Shown: positions 1 through 11,100, counted from the first letter of the stretch. The stretch is DNA of 64,000 nucleotides from Thermoplasmatota archaeon (GCA_016928095.1 JAFGLL010000005.1:1102-65101), one strand, 5' to 3'. The notes: generated by a model from the letters alone, not told the origin. Numbers and translations: made by a program.

Positions 1-303
1 CTCATAGGGGTGGTGATAGGGTCAAAACCCGGGCAGAACAGGAAGGACCTTGCCGGCAGAGCGCTATCGGCTTGCAGGGAAGAGGGACATCTCTCCTCTC
101 CGATCGTCATGGATGATCTTGACCCTATGAAATTACACTCCCTCGGGATCGATGTCGCCGTGATCACAGCATGTCCAAGGATAGCATACGATGATGCACC
201 GAGATACGCTGCGGAGAACGTTGTGGTCATCACTTACGACGAACTGATGATCGTCATCGGCAGGAAAATATGGGAGGAATATACCTTCGATGAGAGATGG
301 TGA
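1..303 (+). CDS. dph2: Diphthamide synthase Dph2 (2-(3-amino-3-carboxypropyl)histidine synthase), C-terminal fragment; 5' end lies outside the window
   Basis: Frame 1 is open from nt 1. The motif VITACPRIAYDDA matches the conserved C-terminal ACPRIAIDD region of archaeal Dph2. Stop at 301-303. Confidence 0.5.
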   Translation, partial: LIGVVIGSKPGQNRKDLAGRALSACREEGHLSSPIVMDDLDPMKLHSLGIDVAVITACPRIAYDDAPRYAAENVVVITYDELMIVIGRKIWEEYTFDERW

Positions 304-461
304 AGCATCAAAAAAGGTGTCTTCCCATGTGTATTTTCTGCCCGGGTGACTGGGGGTCATTCATGGAACCTTGATACATTGAAGGGGCATGAGAATGAGG
401 GGGACATCTACCCATATCTATTTAGCATAGGTACATTTACATACGTTAGGGATGAACCAAA

Positions 462-989
462 ATGGGCTCTGATATCTTTTCGGTCCGCATCGAAGAAAGC
501 AATGGGGTCAAGGTCTGGGAAATGGATGACATACCCCGACCCAACGAGGTGAACTGCGGTACGGCCCACTACCACGGACAGAGGAACGTTGAGCACCTCC
601 TCAAGGTAATAAATCAAAAGGCATTCATGAACCATGAGGACCGTTTCCTGGACCCGCTCTTCTCGATATTCCAGAGCAGTCTCGAACAGGGCGTCGAGGA
701 TGAGGGGACCATCCAGTGGGATGACCGCTCCCATTATACACGGATCAGCTGGACGGGATATACCTGGAAACTGCCTCCGGAGATCAAGAGAAGGATGGTC
801 ATCATAGATATCACCACACCGGGAGAGGACTTCCGGTCAGGTGAGATCATGGTACCTTTGAGGAAGATAGCCGATGATGGGGGCGACATCCTCATTCCGC
901 CCAAGATCGTATCGAAAATGAACCTGAGGATCGGCTGTCCTGTCAACGTCAGGATCCGCTTCCGTGACTGTGTGGACGTGCTTTCCTGA
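462..989 (+). CDS. Hypothetical protein with AbrB/SpoVT-like (swapped-hairpin) C-terminal segment
   Basis: 175-aa ORF with ATG start. C-terminal GEIMVPLRKIADDGGDILIPPKIVSKMNLRIGCPVNVRI resembles AbrB/MazE-type beta-barrel DNA-binding domains. No other recognisable motifs. Confidence 0.35.
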   Translation: MGSDIFSVRIEESNGVKVWEMDDIPRPNEVNCGTAHYHGQRNVEHLLKVINQKAFMNHEDRFLDPLFSIFQSSLEQGVEDEGTIQWDDRSHYTRISWTGYTWKLPPEIKRRMVIIDITTPGEDFRSGEIMVPLRKIADDGGDILIPPKIVSKMNLRIGCPVNVRIRFRDCVDVLS

Positions 990-1022
990 GGTTGTTGTTA
1001 TTTTAGGGTTCTGTATGGAGGA

Positions 1023-1661
1023 TCAGATCCTCTTGACCGAATCAAGAACCTCGAACCAGTTCTTCCACGGGATGCACTCCCTCCCCTCCTTTTTGCATAT
1101 CTCGAGAAGTCTGTCCCTGGCAAAGAGGATGTCTGCCTTCCTCGAGACGCATACATCGGTCGTTCCGTCACCAATGAAGATCACTCGATCCGCTCCTTCC
1201 TTGAGCCTTTCGAGATGGGAGCATTTGCAATTGGCATTCACGGGGCAACCCTTGCGATGATGCGGGAACTCTATGGTCGTTCCGATCTCTGAAGGGACCG
1301 TCCTGTTCGAAGTGTAAGGTATCCAATTCAGCCCCCAATGTCCCAACAGGATATCTATCGTGAAATCGAAGCCGTCGGAGCATATCTCGAGATATATATC
1401 GTTCTCCCTGCACCAATCAGCGAACTCGGTGAACCCATCCCTCATCTTCACCCTTCCTTTCAGGAAGGCTTCGGCCTCCTCCATGGACACCTTCACCATC
1501 CCCGCCTGCTGTCCGAGAGCTTCCATTATGGTGATCTCGTGGGCGTAAGCCCTCCTCTCTAGAGAATACCAATCACCAACTGCAAATCTGTAGAGGATCT
1601 CGTAGGATGCATCCCTGTCCGCGATGGTCCCGTCGAAATCCACCATGACCGCAAATGTCAT
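1023..1661 (-). CDS. HAD-superfamily IB hydrolase (phosphoserine phosphatase / MtnX-like)
   Basis: ATG verified at 1661 (MTFAVMVDFDGTIADRD, HAD motif I DxDGT). Later motifs GDGTTDV and IFIGDG fit HAD motif IV. The longer ORF to 1874 starts at a non-ATG codon and would overlap the start of the divergent gene at 1771. Confidence 0.65.
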   Translation of the reverse strand: MTFAVMVDFDGTIADRDASYEILYRFAVGDWYSLERRAYAHEITIMEALGQQAGMVKVSMEEAEAFLKGRVKMRDGFTEFADWCRENDIYLEICSDGFDFTIDILLGHWGLNWIPYTSNRTVPSEIGTTIEFPHHRKGCPVNANCKCSHLERLKEGADRVIFIGDGTTDVCVSRKADILFARDRLLEICKKEGRECIPWKNWFEVLDSVKRI

Positions 1662-1741
1662 CGATCGTTCAATATCAAGCTGCAATACTAATCTTGTGCT
1701 GTAGCCCTTCTTTAAAACAATGCACTTAAGATGATAATCGA

Positions 1742-1749
1742 TAAATATG
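1742..1749 (+). promoter_or_regulatory. TATA-box-like element (ATAAATAT) about 25 nt upstream of the ATG at 1771; likely leaderless transcript
   Basis: AT-rich octamer in an otherwise GC-rich spacer. A second TTTAAAA lies at 1713-1719. Confidence 0.4.
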
Positions 1750-1770
1750 CAGGCTACCTCTTGATGGTGC

Positions 1771-4746
1771 ATGGCCACTCTCGGAAGAAGGCTTGCTTCA
1801 TTCTTTATCGCCATCACAGTCCTGACAGGCTCCCTGCTCATTCTCGTTCCAAAAGAGACCTCTGGACTGAGCATTATGGCAGTTACACCTCTGGATGATC
1901 CGGATCTTCCCCCATGGGGGTACTACAAGGGGATCCTTCCGAACCCGATCGAAGGGGGGGACCTCTCGCTTGCATATCGAAACGCATCCCGGTTCACACA
2001 GTTCGTTCCGGTATGGGGCGCTCCCTCTCCGTTCTACAACCTATCGACGGACCTGGAAGGTCCATGGGGAGAGGTCAACGTGGACCAACTGATCAGGGAG
2101 AACGGCATGTTCCCTCTGGTCAATATGAACTTCTACGAAGAAGGTCTCACCCTTGTCCAACACCCATCCATTCCATCCTCCACCCTGAACTCGCCTGAAT
2201 GGAGGTCGCTCTACCTGCAGAGCGTCAAGGACGTGATCAACGCAAGCCGCCCCCTCTACATATCACTGGGCAACGAGGTCAACCTCTGGTTCGAGAAGTA
2301 CGGGAACGCTTCAGGCGACGATAACGGATTCCAGTACTACGTCAGCCTCTACCAGGAGGCCTATGATAAGGTCAAGGCCATCTCTCCCGCAACACAGGTC
2401 TTCTGCACTTTTGCCAGGGAGGTCGTCTCCGAGAACAGGGAGGCTGACATGTCCGTCACGGAGATGTTCGACCCGGACAGGCTGGACCTCGTCGTGCTGA
2501 CCTCCCATCCATTCTCGGTCACGGGTATCGACAGGGTCTCTGACATCGATGATGATTACTACTCCGGAGTGCTCGACCACACAGGCCCCAAACCCTTCGG
2601 ACTCTCGGAGATATCGTGGACGAGCCATACCGATAACGGGGGGGAAGAGGAGCAGGCCAACTTCATAAGGAACGCGACATCCAGGCTCACCATCGACCAG
2701 GGACTCGATATGGAGATCATCGGATGGACCCGGCTCCATGATCCCGCCCCCGGGGAAATGACAGGGCTCATGGACCAGGAAGGGACCGCGAAAAAAGCCC
2801 TTGCCGCATGGACCAACAATACAGGACCGTCCTATGACAGGGACCACCGGACCATCGAACTCTACGAGGATTTCGGTTCGTACGATCATGATCTCGGAAC
2901 CATATTCTTCGACATGGACCCCTGGGACGTTCTCGAATACGAGATCTGGAACGGGACAGCGTATTCGAACACAACGACCACGGTGAAAGTGAACGCCCTT
3001 ATCCGGGAGAGGACGCTGGTCCTCACATCTGTCGAGAACGCTACCGGGAGCATGCAGCTCAGGATCAAGGTTACGGATTGGATGGGCGATTCGAACTGGA
3101 CGTTCATACTTGTCGACCTTACCGGGATCAACGATGCACCCGCTTTGAAGGGGGCTATTGATGAGCTTGTTTTCTCCGAAGGGGGATCACCCTTCTATGA
3201 CCTTTCCTATTTCATCTTTGATGTGGATGACGCCTTGAACACTCTCCACCTGGAGATCATCGAGGCCCCGGGGCTCATCATATCGGTGGATCTTTCCATC
3301 TCACCCTACATGGTCATCTATTCGGACCAGGATGAATTCCACGGAGAGACCCATATATTCATGAGGGTCTCCGACCCCCATGACGCTGGTTGCGATATCC
3401 TGATCCCTGTAAGGATACTGCCAATAAACGATCCACCCACGATCGAAGCTCCGGCCGAGATAACCTTTCAGGAGGATTCCGTGAAGGAACTCGACTTCTC
3501 CGAATGGGCCATGGACCAGGATGACACCGATCTCCTCTGGAACTTCACCGTCAGCGAGGATGCCCAGGTTTTTCTCGAGATGGAGAACACCACCCTCAGG
3601 ATGACACCGGCATTGAACTGGTTCGGGTCGTTCGTTCTCGATGTGAACGTCTCGGATGGTGAGGAGTTCGTGTCCTGCGGTGTTCCAGTCATCGTGACCC
3701 CGGTGAACGACGCACCGATCATAAACGACCCTCCATCCATTTACATCCTTGAGGACGAGGATCACCTGTTCGACCTTGAGGACCTCTCCCCGTACGACCC
3801 TGATGGGGACATGCTCTACTGGTACCTGGAGAACGCATCGTCTCTTATTCGGTCCGTTGCGATCTATGAAAACAACACCATCAGGATCAGACCTTACCTG
3901 GACGGTTTCGGTGTGGGGACCTTCACCTTGAGGGTCCAGGACGGTAGGGGGGGAGTTGCCCATGCAGAATACATCGTGTATATCGAGGCTGTCAACGACC
4001 CACCGGAATTCATAGCTCCCGATGATTGGTCCCTTCAGGTCGAGAGGGGGACCTGCAGGATGGTCGATCTGAGGTTCGTACCCTATTTCGTCGAAGATGT
4101 GGACGATCCCTCGATATCATTGATGGCGGTTACGGACCATCCCACGGCTACCGTCAACGGTCTCGTGATCAACATCTCTGTTCCCCTTGACGCAGCCCCG
4201 GGGATCATCATGATGAAAGTATACATCACTGACCCCCATGGCGCCTCCTCGACTGCTCACAACCTTACCCTGGAAGTGATCGACCCCAACGGGAACATGG
4301 GGGATCTGGACATAGACGATATTTACATAATTAACGAGGATGGCGGTGTATTGATCACGGCCAGCGGTGAGACGGGACAGGTAATATGGGTCGTCTTCAC
4401 CAGGTTATCCGAACCGATCGGATCGTACCGGATGATAGAAAGCCACAAGGACCCGGGAACCTATACTCTGGAATTGATAGACCCGGGATGGGGGGACGGG
4501 ACCGAGGTCTCTGTACATCTCTCCAGGTCCAGAGATGGACCGAACGAATCGGGAGAGCTCCCGACGGTCTTCATCTACAGCACGGGGGATAAGGATCGAT
4601 CCGAAGATGGCGACCAGATCTATCCATACATTATCGGGATCACTTCGCTACTGCTGCTGGTCATACTTATAGGAGCGGTGATGTTTATAAGGAGCAGAAC
4701 GAAGATGGTTTCCGAACCCGATGATGGACCGGTCCTTGAGGAGTGA
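1771..4746 (+). CDS. Type-I membrane-anchored surface glycoprotein: N-terminal TIM-barrel glycosidase-like region (GNEV motif) followed by cadherin-like repeats
   Basis: ATG at 1771. N-terminal hydrophobic signal/anchor (FFIAITVLTGSLLILV). Repeated (V/I)NDAP and VNDPP motifs are typical of cadherin-like domains. LYISLGNEVNLW resembles the GH5-type NEP catalytic motif (weak). C-terminal TM LLLVILIGAVMFI plus short acidic tail. Many NxS/T sequons. Confidence 0.65.
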   Translation: MATLGRRLASFFIAITVLTGSLLILVPKETSGLSIMAVTPLDDPDLPPWGYYKGILPNPIEGGDLSLAYRNASRFTQFVPVWGAPSPFYNLSTDLEGPWGEVNVDQLIRENGMFPLVNMNFYEEGLTLVQHPSIPSSTLNSPEWRSLYLQSVKDVINASRPLYISLGNEVNLWFEKYGNASGDDNGFQYYVSLYQEAYDKVKAISPATQVFCTFAREVVSENREADMSVTEMFDPDRLDLVVLTSHPFSVTGIDRVSDIDDDYYSGVLDHTGPKPFGLSEISWTSHTDNGGEEEQANFIRNATSRLTIDQGLDMEIIGWTRLHDPAPGEMTGLMDQEGTAKKALAAWTNNTGPSYDRDHRTIELYEDFGSYDHDLGTIFFDMDPWDVLEYEIWNGTAYSNTTTTVKVNALIRERTLVLTSVENATGSMQLRIKVTDWMGDSNWTFILVDLTGINDAPALKGAIDELVFSEGGSPFYDLSYFIFDVDDALNTLHLEIIEAPGLIISVDLSISPYMVIYSDQDEFHGETHIFMRVSDPHDAGCDILIPVRILPINDPPTIEAPAEITFQEDSVKELDFSEWAMDQDDTDLLWNFTVSEDAQVFLEMENTTLRMTPALNWFGSFVLDVNVSDGEEFVSCGVPVIVTPVNDAPIINDPPSIYILEDEDHLFDLEDLSPYDPDGDMLYWYLENASSLIRSVAIYENNTIRIRPYLDGFGVGTFTLRVQDGRGGVAHAEYIVYIEAVNDPPEFIAPDDWSLQVERGTCRMVDLRFVPYFVEDVDDPSISLMAVTDHPTATVNGLVINISVPLDAAPGIIMMKVYITDPHGASSTAHNLTLEVIDPNGNMGDLDIDDIYIINEDGGVLITASGETGQVIWVVFTRLSEPIGSYRMIESHKDPGTYTLELIDPGWGDGTEVSVHLSRSRDGPNESGELPTVFIYSTGDKDRSEDGDQIYPYIIGITSLLLLVILIGAVMFIRSRTKMVSEPDDGPVLEE

Positions 4747-4852
4747 AGAACAGCTCCACCATGCTGGTACAAGTAAGCTGGGGCTTCAGGAGGCCATTTG
4801 CTTTCATCCAACCGGTCCGGGTCACGACATCCAGCAGGATCGACCCTGGTGA

Positions 4853-5701
4853 TCATTTTATGTAGTTGTAAGAAAAGCTCCCTGTAATATCGAAGCCTTT
4901 CTCATCGAAGGCGTATCTTACCCAGTCCCTGCCCTTCACATCCTGCAGCCCCTTGACCATCATCAAGAGCCCTACCTTTTCCTCCTTGAGGACGAAGGTA
5001 CCATCCATGACATGCTCCAGTGCGTTTATCTCCTCGGGTTTGTGGATGCCGCTTGCCAGATCGAACATGGCTATGCCGTTGTAAGCCTTCGTCTTGGCAA
5101 TCATGTTGGTCAAGAACGAAAGGGTCTTGTTGATCCCGTGGGTCCGGAGTATCGGCGATAGCGAATCGAAGATCAAACGGTGGTAGAAGAAATTCTCCCT
5201 GTACCCGGACTGGAAGTTGTCTATGGAGTGTGATACCGCATCCAGGTCCCCCACACCGTTCAGGTAAAGAGCGAAAGGGTTCTTTCCCATGAGCCCGACG
5301 GTCTTTGCATGGCAGTCAACATATGATAGAAGGCCGGACCGCTCCCTGTCCTCCAGTTTGAAGTCCATCTCGACTATGGTCTTCCTGAACTTCGAGGTGG
5401 TCGATTGAGTGAGGATGACAAGCGCGGGTATGCCGGACCTGATACCCTCGGCAATGAACTGGGACAGAAGGATGTCCTTACCGATGAATGCGGGACCCTG
5501 TATCAAACTGCATGATCTGAATGGTAATCCCCCCCCCAGCAGCTCATCTATCCGTTTCCCGCCCGACCTTGCCTTGGTGGGTTTTCCTCCGCTGGGTCTC
5601 TTGACCGGCATCTTCTTCTGTCCAAAGGAAGCTCCTACATTCGGTGCTCCTCCACCGGCATTTGCTTGATGGAAAACTGAAGCCGATCTCTCGAAATGCA
5701 T
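4853..5701 (-). CDS. KaiC/RecA-superfamily ATPase-like protein (ArlH/FlaH-like fold) with degenerate Walker A
   Basis: IDELLGGGLPFRSCSLIQGPAFIGKD is the canonical KaiC-domain N-terminus, but with GKD instead of GKT/S. ATG verified at 5701. The track start at 5758 is TTG. A Gly/Lys-rich low-complexity N-terminal extension is present. An alternative ATG lies at 5611. Confidence 0.55.
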   Translation of the reverse strand: MHFERSASVFHQANAGGGAPNVGASFGQKKMPVKRPSGGKPTKARSGGKRIDELLGGGLPFRSCSLIQGPAFIGKDILLSQFIAEGIRSGIPALVILTQSTTSKFRKTIVEMDFKLEDRERSGLLSYVDCHAKTVGLMGKNPFALYLNGVGDLDAVSHSIDNFQSGYRENFFYHRLIFDSLSPILRTHGINKTLSFLTNMIAKTKAYNGIAMFDLASGIHKPEEINALEHVMDGTFVLKEEKVGLLMMVKGLQDVKGRDWVRYAFDEKGFDITGSFSYNYIK

Positions 5702-5824
5702 AGGTATCACCTGGGGGAGATCTGCCGCGTCGGCATTTCTGGCGACCCCGACGAACAATGAACGGTTACTATTTAATCATAACGAGCATAGGATCATATC
5801 ATCGAAACATATCCCGGGGCCGTC

Positions 5825-6838
5825 TCAACTTATGCCAAGGGCCTTGTTCGTCTTGTGGATTGAGGCGAGATTGTCATCTGTGAGCCTGAACATCGCCCTT
5901 ATACAATCGACGTTCTCGGGAACGACATCGGATTCCTGATGTATGGCCTGGTAATAATAGAGGGTGTCGCCGACGACATGGACACCATCCTTCCATACGG
6001 CTATCTCGTTCAGGTCCGCGCGCGCTCTTTTCATGTCCCTTGCCATCTCCATGATCTGGGCTGTGGAAAGGACCCCTTCTCCTCCATCGACCAGTTTGAC
6101 CCTCGGGGTGTTCTTCCAGATCGAGATCACCTCTTCGGAAGTTGCCGGTCTGTTCAGAACGACCACGTTACAGTGCAGATGCATGATCGTTGTGGGAACG
6201 GCCACCGCCATGGTGTCTATATCGACGTTCTCTATGACCGTTTTAAGGTCGGGTCCATGGTGGGAGGGGACCTTGAGGACGGGGATTATGGCATTCATGG
6301 GGCCTTTTTTGGAATCGTTTGGATCCGTTCCCCTTCTCACCATGGTAGCATAGACCTTCTTGATACCGATCTCCTTCATCAGCGGAAATATCGTCCTGGC
6401 AAGTCCGGTAGTGTTGCAGCTGACCACCCTGGTGTAATCCACGCCAAGGTTCTGCGAATAATTGGATAGAGAGTTGAAAGAGCATCCCACCGCCTCGTGC
6501 TTCTCTCCCCCTTGGAATATTGCTTTTACCCCGGCCCTCCTGTAGGTTTCGAGGTTGTTCACACCGAGTTTCCCCGGGGTGCAATCGATGACAATGTCTG
6601 CGATCTTGAGGAGATCATCCAGGGTTCCCTTGACGGGGATCCCGGCCTCTTCGAACTTGACCCTGTTCTCGGGTATGGCAACGTAAAGGTCGAATCCCTT
6701 TTCAACTGCCATCCTGGCCTCGAATGTCGGCCTGGTCTTGGTAACTCCCACAATCGTCATATCGTCCTGTAGGGACACGGCATCTGCCACCCTCTTGCCG
6801 ATCGTCCCGTACCCGTTGACCGCTACTTTCACTATCAC
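5825..6838 (-). CDS. gap: Archaeal type-II glyceraldehyde-3-phosphate dehydrogenase, NAD(P)-dependent
   Basis: MIVKVAVNGYGTIGKRVADAV is the hallmark N-terminal Rossmann motif of archaeal GAPDH. 337 aa, full length. TATA-like AGATTTATCTATC lies 27-38 nt upstream on the minus strand. Confidence 0.9.
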   Translation of the reverse strand: MIVKVAVNGYGTIGKRVADAVSLQDDMTIVGVTKTRPTFEARMAVEKGFDLYVAIPENRVKFEEAGIPVKGTLDDLLKIADIVIDCTPGKLGVNNLETYRRAGVKAIFQGGEKHEAVGCSFNSLSNYSQNLGVDYTRVVSCNTTGLARTIFPLMKEIGIKKVYATMVRRGTDPNDSKKGPMNAIIPVLKVPSHHGPDLKTVIENVDIDTMAVAVPTTIMHLHCNVVVLNRPATSEEVISIWKNTPRVKLVDGGEGVLSTAQIMEMARDMKRARADLNEIAVWKDGVHVVGDTLYYYQAIHQESDVVPENVDCIRAMFRLTDDNLASIHKTNKALGIS

Positions 6839-6907
6839 GAGATCACCTGTTACCCTTATCGGGAGCAGATAGATAAATCTTGGTGGGGGTGGTCTTTTGG
6901 ATGTCGA

Positions 6908-6917
6908 AAAGTATTAA
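6908..6917 (+). promoter_or_regulatory. AAAGTATTAA motif (putative BRE/TATA) 29 nt upstream of the surface-protein gene ATG at 6946
   Basis: An identical decamer recurs at 8105-8114 upstream of the next surface-protein gene. Confidence 0.4.
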
Positions 6918-6945
6918 CCCGTCACAGAACAATTGGGTCAGGGGA

Positions 6946-8085
6946 ATGCAAATGCTCCTGATGGAACAACGGTCGAGATCGATGTATCTTGTTATCGGGG
7001 CGATGCTTGTACTGTACGGTCTGACGATCATGCACTGGGAGGTCTCCGCTCACCCGCCGGAGGACATCGAGCTTATGTATGATTACGCTTCCCAGATCCT
7101 CAACATCACCATAACGCACACCACACCGGCTCCATCCCAGCATTACATCGGGTCCGTTGAGGTTTTCAGGAACAATATCTCAGTGATCGAAGAGACCTAC
7201 GAGAGCCAGCCAACGGTCAGGGTGTTCTACCTTGAGTTCGAGGTATTGGCCGAGGACGGTGATGTCCTCAAGGTCAAGGCCGCATGCAACCTGTGGGGGG
7301 AACTGGAAGAGGAGACAATTGTCGAAGGACCCAGGGAACGTATGTACATCGAGGTGAACCCAAAGATCGAGGAGCTCGAGATGGGGGAGGAGCGGGATCT
7401 CACGGTCAATATCTATGAAGTGTCCGATGATGACCCACTTGAGGGGGTCGTCGTGCAGGTCACTGCATGGCTGGGTACGGTAACCGAGGTGAACGACCTT
7501 GGGTTGGGAGGCTACTCCTTCACATATACCGCGCCCGAGCTGGAGACCGAGGATATAGATGTCATCAATATTTCCGCGTCGAAGAACGGTTATCACAGCA
7601 CCTATCATGAGTTCGAGATCGACATACTGCTGCCTTTGGACCCTGACAGGATCATAGAGGTGACCCTATCGCCAAGGTTTACGATGATAGAAGAGGGAGA
7701 GAGCAAGGAGGTCACAGTTATAATTGAAGCTGGCGGATCAGGATTGGACGTCGATGATATCAAGGTGGACAGATCGGGAGGGACCTATTCCACCGAGAGG
7801 TCGGACGTCGGTGTCTTCATGATCACGTTCAAGGCAAGTGAGGTCACCACCAACCAGCAGGGGTGGCTCAAGGTCACTGCCGAGATGGAGGGATACCGGA
7901 GCGGTTCCGCGCAGATGTCATTCACCATCGTGGATATCGGCACCCCGGATGACGATGATGACACCGGCGTTTCGAACGATAAAGGGCTCTTCAACACTAC
8001 CACCATCGCCATATCGATCATCATCCTGGTAATTATCGTCGGGATAGTGGTATTCATCATCCATCAGAGGAGAAAAAAGGGATAG
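6946..8085 (+). CDS. Membrane-anchored surface protein, hypothetical
   Basis: N-terminal TM/signal (MYLVIGAMLVLYGLTI), acidic beta-rich ectodomain, C-terminal TM (IAISIIILVIIVGIVVFII) plus HQRRKKG stop-transfer. ATG at 6946 lies 29 nt after an AAAGTATTAA motif. The track ORF starts at 6880. Confidence 0.5.
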   Translation: MQMLLMEQRSRSMYLVIGAMLVLYGLTIMHWEVSAHPPEDIELMYDYASQILNITITHTTPAPSQHYIGSVEVFRNNISVIEETYESQPTVRVFYLEFEVLAEDGDVLKVKAACNLWGELEEETIVEGPRERMYIEVNPKIEELEMGEERDLTVNIYEVSDDDPLEGVVVQVTAWLGTVTEVNDLGLGGYSFTYTAPELETEDIDVINISASKNGYHSTYHEFEIDILLPLDPDRIIEVTLSPRFTMIEEGESKEVTVIIEAGGSGLDVDDIKVDRSGGTYSTERSDVGVFMITFKASEVTTNQQGWLKVTAEMEGYRSGSAQMSFTIVDIGTPDDDDDTGVSNDKGLFNTTTIAISIIILVIIVGIVVFIIHQRRKKG

Positions 8086-8104
8086 GTGTTTCACAGATGC
8101 ACCA

Positions 8105-8114
8105 AAGTATTAAG
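8105..8114 (+). promoter_or_regulatory. AAAGTATTAA motif, second copy, 82 nt upstream of the ATG at 8196
   Basis: Same decamer as at 6908-6917, in the same orientation. Confidence 0.35.
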
Positions 8115-8195
8115 CAAGGGGAACGGAGATTCCTTTGATATCCGGGTTCGAAGATCACAAAACACGATATTGCATGATATGGTAAACCATGAGGT

Positions 8196-11100
8196 ATGGA
8201 GATGATTATGGGCCGTTTCTTGATCTTATCCATCGTTACTCTTCTAATTTCTCCAGGCCTCCTGCAAAACCAGTCCTTTTCCCATGGACCGGACCATCAA
8301 GGCATCCTGGCAAGCTATGGACCGATAGAGATAGGCTCAGATCCTGAACTGATAACAACGGTCGGTAACGAAGGATGGCCCGGGAACGGTACTGAAGGCG
8401 ACCCTTTTATCATCAGAGACCTTGAATTAGATGGTGAGGGAAGAATATCATATGGTATTTTTATATACAACACGACATTGTATCTGACTATAGAAAACTG
8501 CACAATGATCGAATTCTCCCAGTCCGGAATAATCATCATTGATTGTTCGAACATCAAGATAACGAACAACCTTCTGGAAAATTGCACCCGGGGGGTCGAG
8601 GTTTTCAGCTGTTCTATCACGGAAATTTCGGATAATACTATCAAAGGAAGTGCTCTCGGTATATGTGCTTATAAGGGTAATTTCGATTCGATCATCGATA
8701 ATACGATCAACCTCCCTGAATTTGAAGGCATACACATCGAAAATGAAACGAATTGTATGGTGTACAGGAACAACATCAGTTTAGGGAGCGATGATGGATT
8801 CGGTGCCGATATCCGGGGATGTACCTACCTGGACCTGGATCATAACGAAATAATATCAGGTTCCGAAGTTCCAAAACCGCTGAAGGTCACCAACTGCGCT
8901 ATGATGCAAATAAGATACAATCATTTCGAGAACGGAAGCGAGATATATCTGGGAGACACCATCGGATACACTTTCGTAGAGAACGAGATGCATAATGTCC
9001 CGGTAAGACTCGATAGATGCACCTTAGAGATCCGGGACAACGATTTTTTCGGATGCGGTGTGATCATCGACGAATACTCCTCTGGTCCGTGGCTTCAGAA
9101 CCTCGATCTGGACACTACGAATTCTGTGAACGGCAAGATGATATTGTTTGCACGTTCGAACTCGTCACTGAACGAGCTGGCGCTGGGGTCAGAGATAGGC
9201 CAGCTGATAGTCTTCAATGTAAAGGAGGGTGTGGTGTCCCCAATCGAACTCGGCAATACGACGGTCGCGATCCAGGTTGTGGGATGTGACGGATTGACCA
9301 TCGACGGTCCGACGATATCCGATTGCTTATACGGAATGATCATACAGGACACCATGAATTCATCCATTTTGAATTCCAATATTTCACGATCAGGAAGGAA
9401 CGGCATAAGGATGTTCGAGAGCTGGAACAATGAAATTGTCGGCAACCTCATTCTTGATACGGAGAGATACGATCAGGAAGAGGGGGGCATATTTCTTCAC
9501 AAATGTCAAGATTGCATGATAGAGGGAAACACCGTGTTCAGCCATTTGGACCCGGACTCCCCTTACGGTATCCAACTCTCATGGTCCGATGAGAACGTCA
9601 TTACAAATAACTACATGTTCTACAACGGCGGCACTGGGGACTCCTACCGTAACTGGGAATTCCAATCATATGACCTAATGGGTAATAACTGGTGGAACTC
9701 TCCCACAGATATAGGCAATTACTGGAGGGACTGGAGAGGTCCGGATTCCGAAAGGGACGGCATCGTCGATCTGCCCTATACCATAGGAGCTACCGGAGCT
9801 TTGATGCCGCAAGACCATTATCCTCTAGCAACATGCCCGGTGGTCACCCCCCCGACCAATCTCTCGATAACAACCGTTGATAAAAAGCTCATGATATCCT
9901 GGAGTGAACCTGACCAAACAGCTTTCTTTAAGATCAGATCTTACAAAATATGGATCGGGACTGGCACTTTACTTGGACACCAGGCAACTGTAAATGCTGG
10001 ATCTCTGTATTATCACCATATTTTTGCGCAACCCGGTGTAGAATATCATTACATGGTAACAGCTGTGAACCAGTTGATAGAGAGTGATCCGTCCGAAGTG
10101 GTGAGAGGAACGCTTGAGATTGATCCCACAACTGTTAACATCACATCACCGATAAACGGGTCCTTCCATAGCAAAAAGGATATCACAGTGGAATGGGAGG
10201 TCTTCGATAACGGAAGCGGTCTAGACCATTTCGAGATAAAGCTGGACGAAGGTATGTGGAAAGAGGTCGAGCTGAACAGAACAAAGCTGTTCACCGATCT
10301 TCAGGAGGGTATGCATACTGTTCACGTGGCTGCCATTGACAACTACCACAGTGTTCAAATGGACTCCGTTAATTTCACGGTGGATCTGACAGAACCGGAC
10401 CTGACCATTATCAGGCCTGACAACGGCTCGTTCGTCAATACACGACACGTTATCATAGAATGGACCTCTTCCGATGAACTTTCGGGAACGGCAGGTTTCG
10501 AGGTAAGGGCGGACTTCGGTAACTGGACACCGGCGGATAATGATAAATGGCACACGCTCCTGTTCTCCAATGATGGCTTTCACACTGTGGAGGTCGCTGC
10601 CATTGATAAGGCGGGCAACAGGCTCGAGAAGGGCGTATCCTTCACCATGGACACCTATCTCCCGGAGCTCACGGTCCTCTCCCCTGATGAGGGGGTCTAT
10701 TACCGTAGCGGGGATGTGAAGGTAATATGGAACGGCAGCGACAATGGGACCGGACTGGAAAGTTACTGGTTCCGTATGAACGATCTGGGTTGGACATCCA
10801 TGGGGTTGAGGACCGACAGGTCCCTGTGGGGCCTTCCAGACGGCCATTACAGGATAGATATCAAGGCTGTCGATATAGCGGGGAACGGACGTGTGAGGTC
10901 CGTATCTTTTTTTATCGACGGAACTTCACCCAACCTGAGGATCCTGGATCCCGTGGACGGCTCGTTCATCAGCAATTCCCCGGTCACAGTCAGGTGGAAC
11001 GGTACGGATGATACCTCCGGTATCGATCACTTCGAGATAAGGATCGAGGGGGATCAATGGAGGGATGTCGGGGACGATCTCACCTTCACCATGGTCAACC

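Noticed and set aside
1662-1874. 5' extension of the HAD hydrolase ORF to 1874 (283 aa)
   Set aside because: It starts at a non-ATG codon. It would overlap the divergent gene start at 1771. The HAD motif I DxDGT lies immediately after the internal ATG at 1661.
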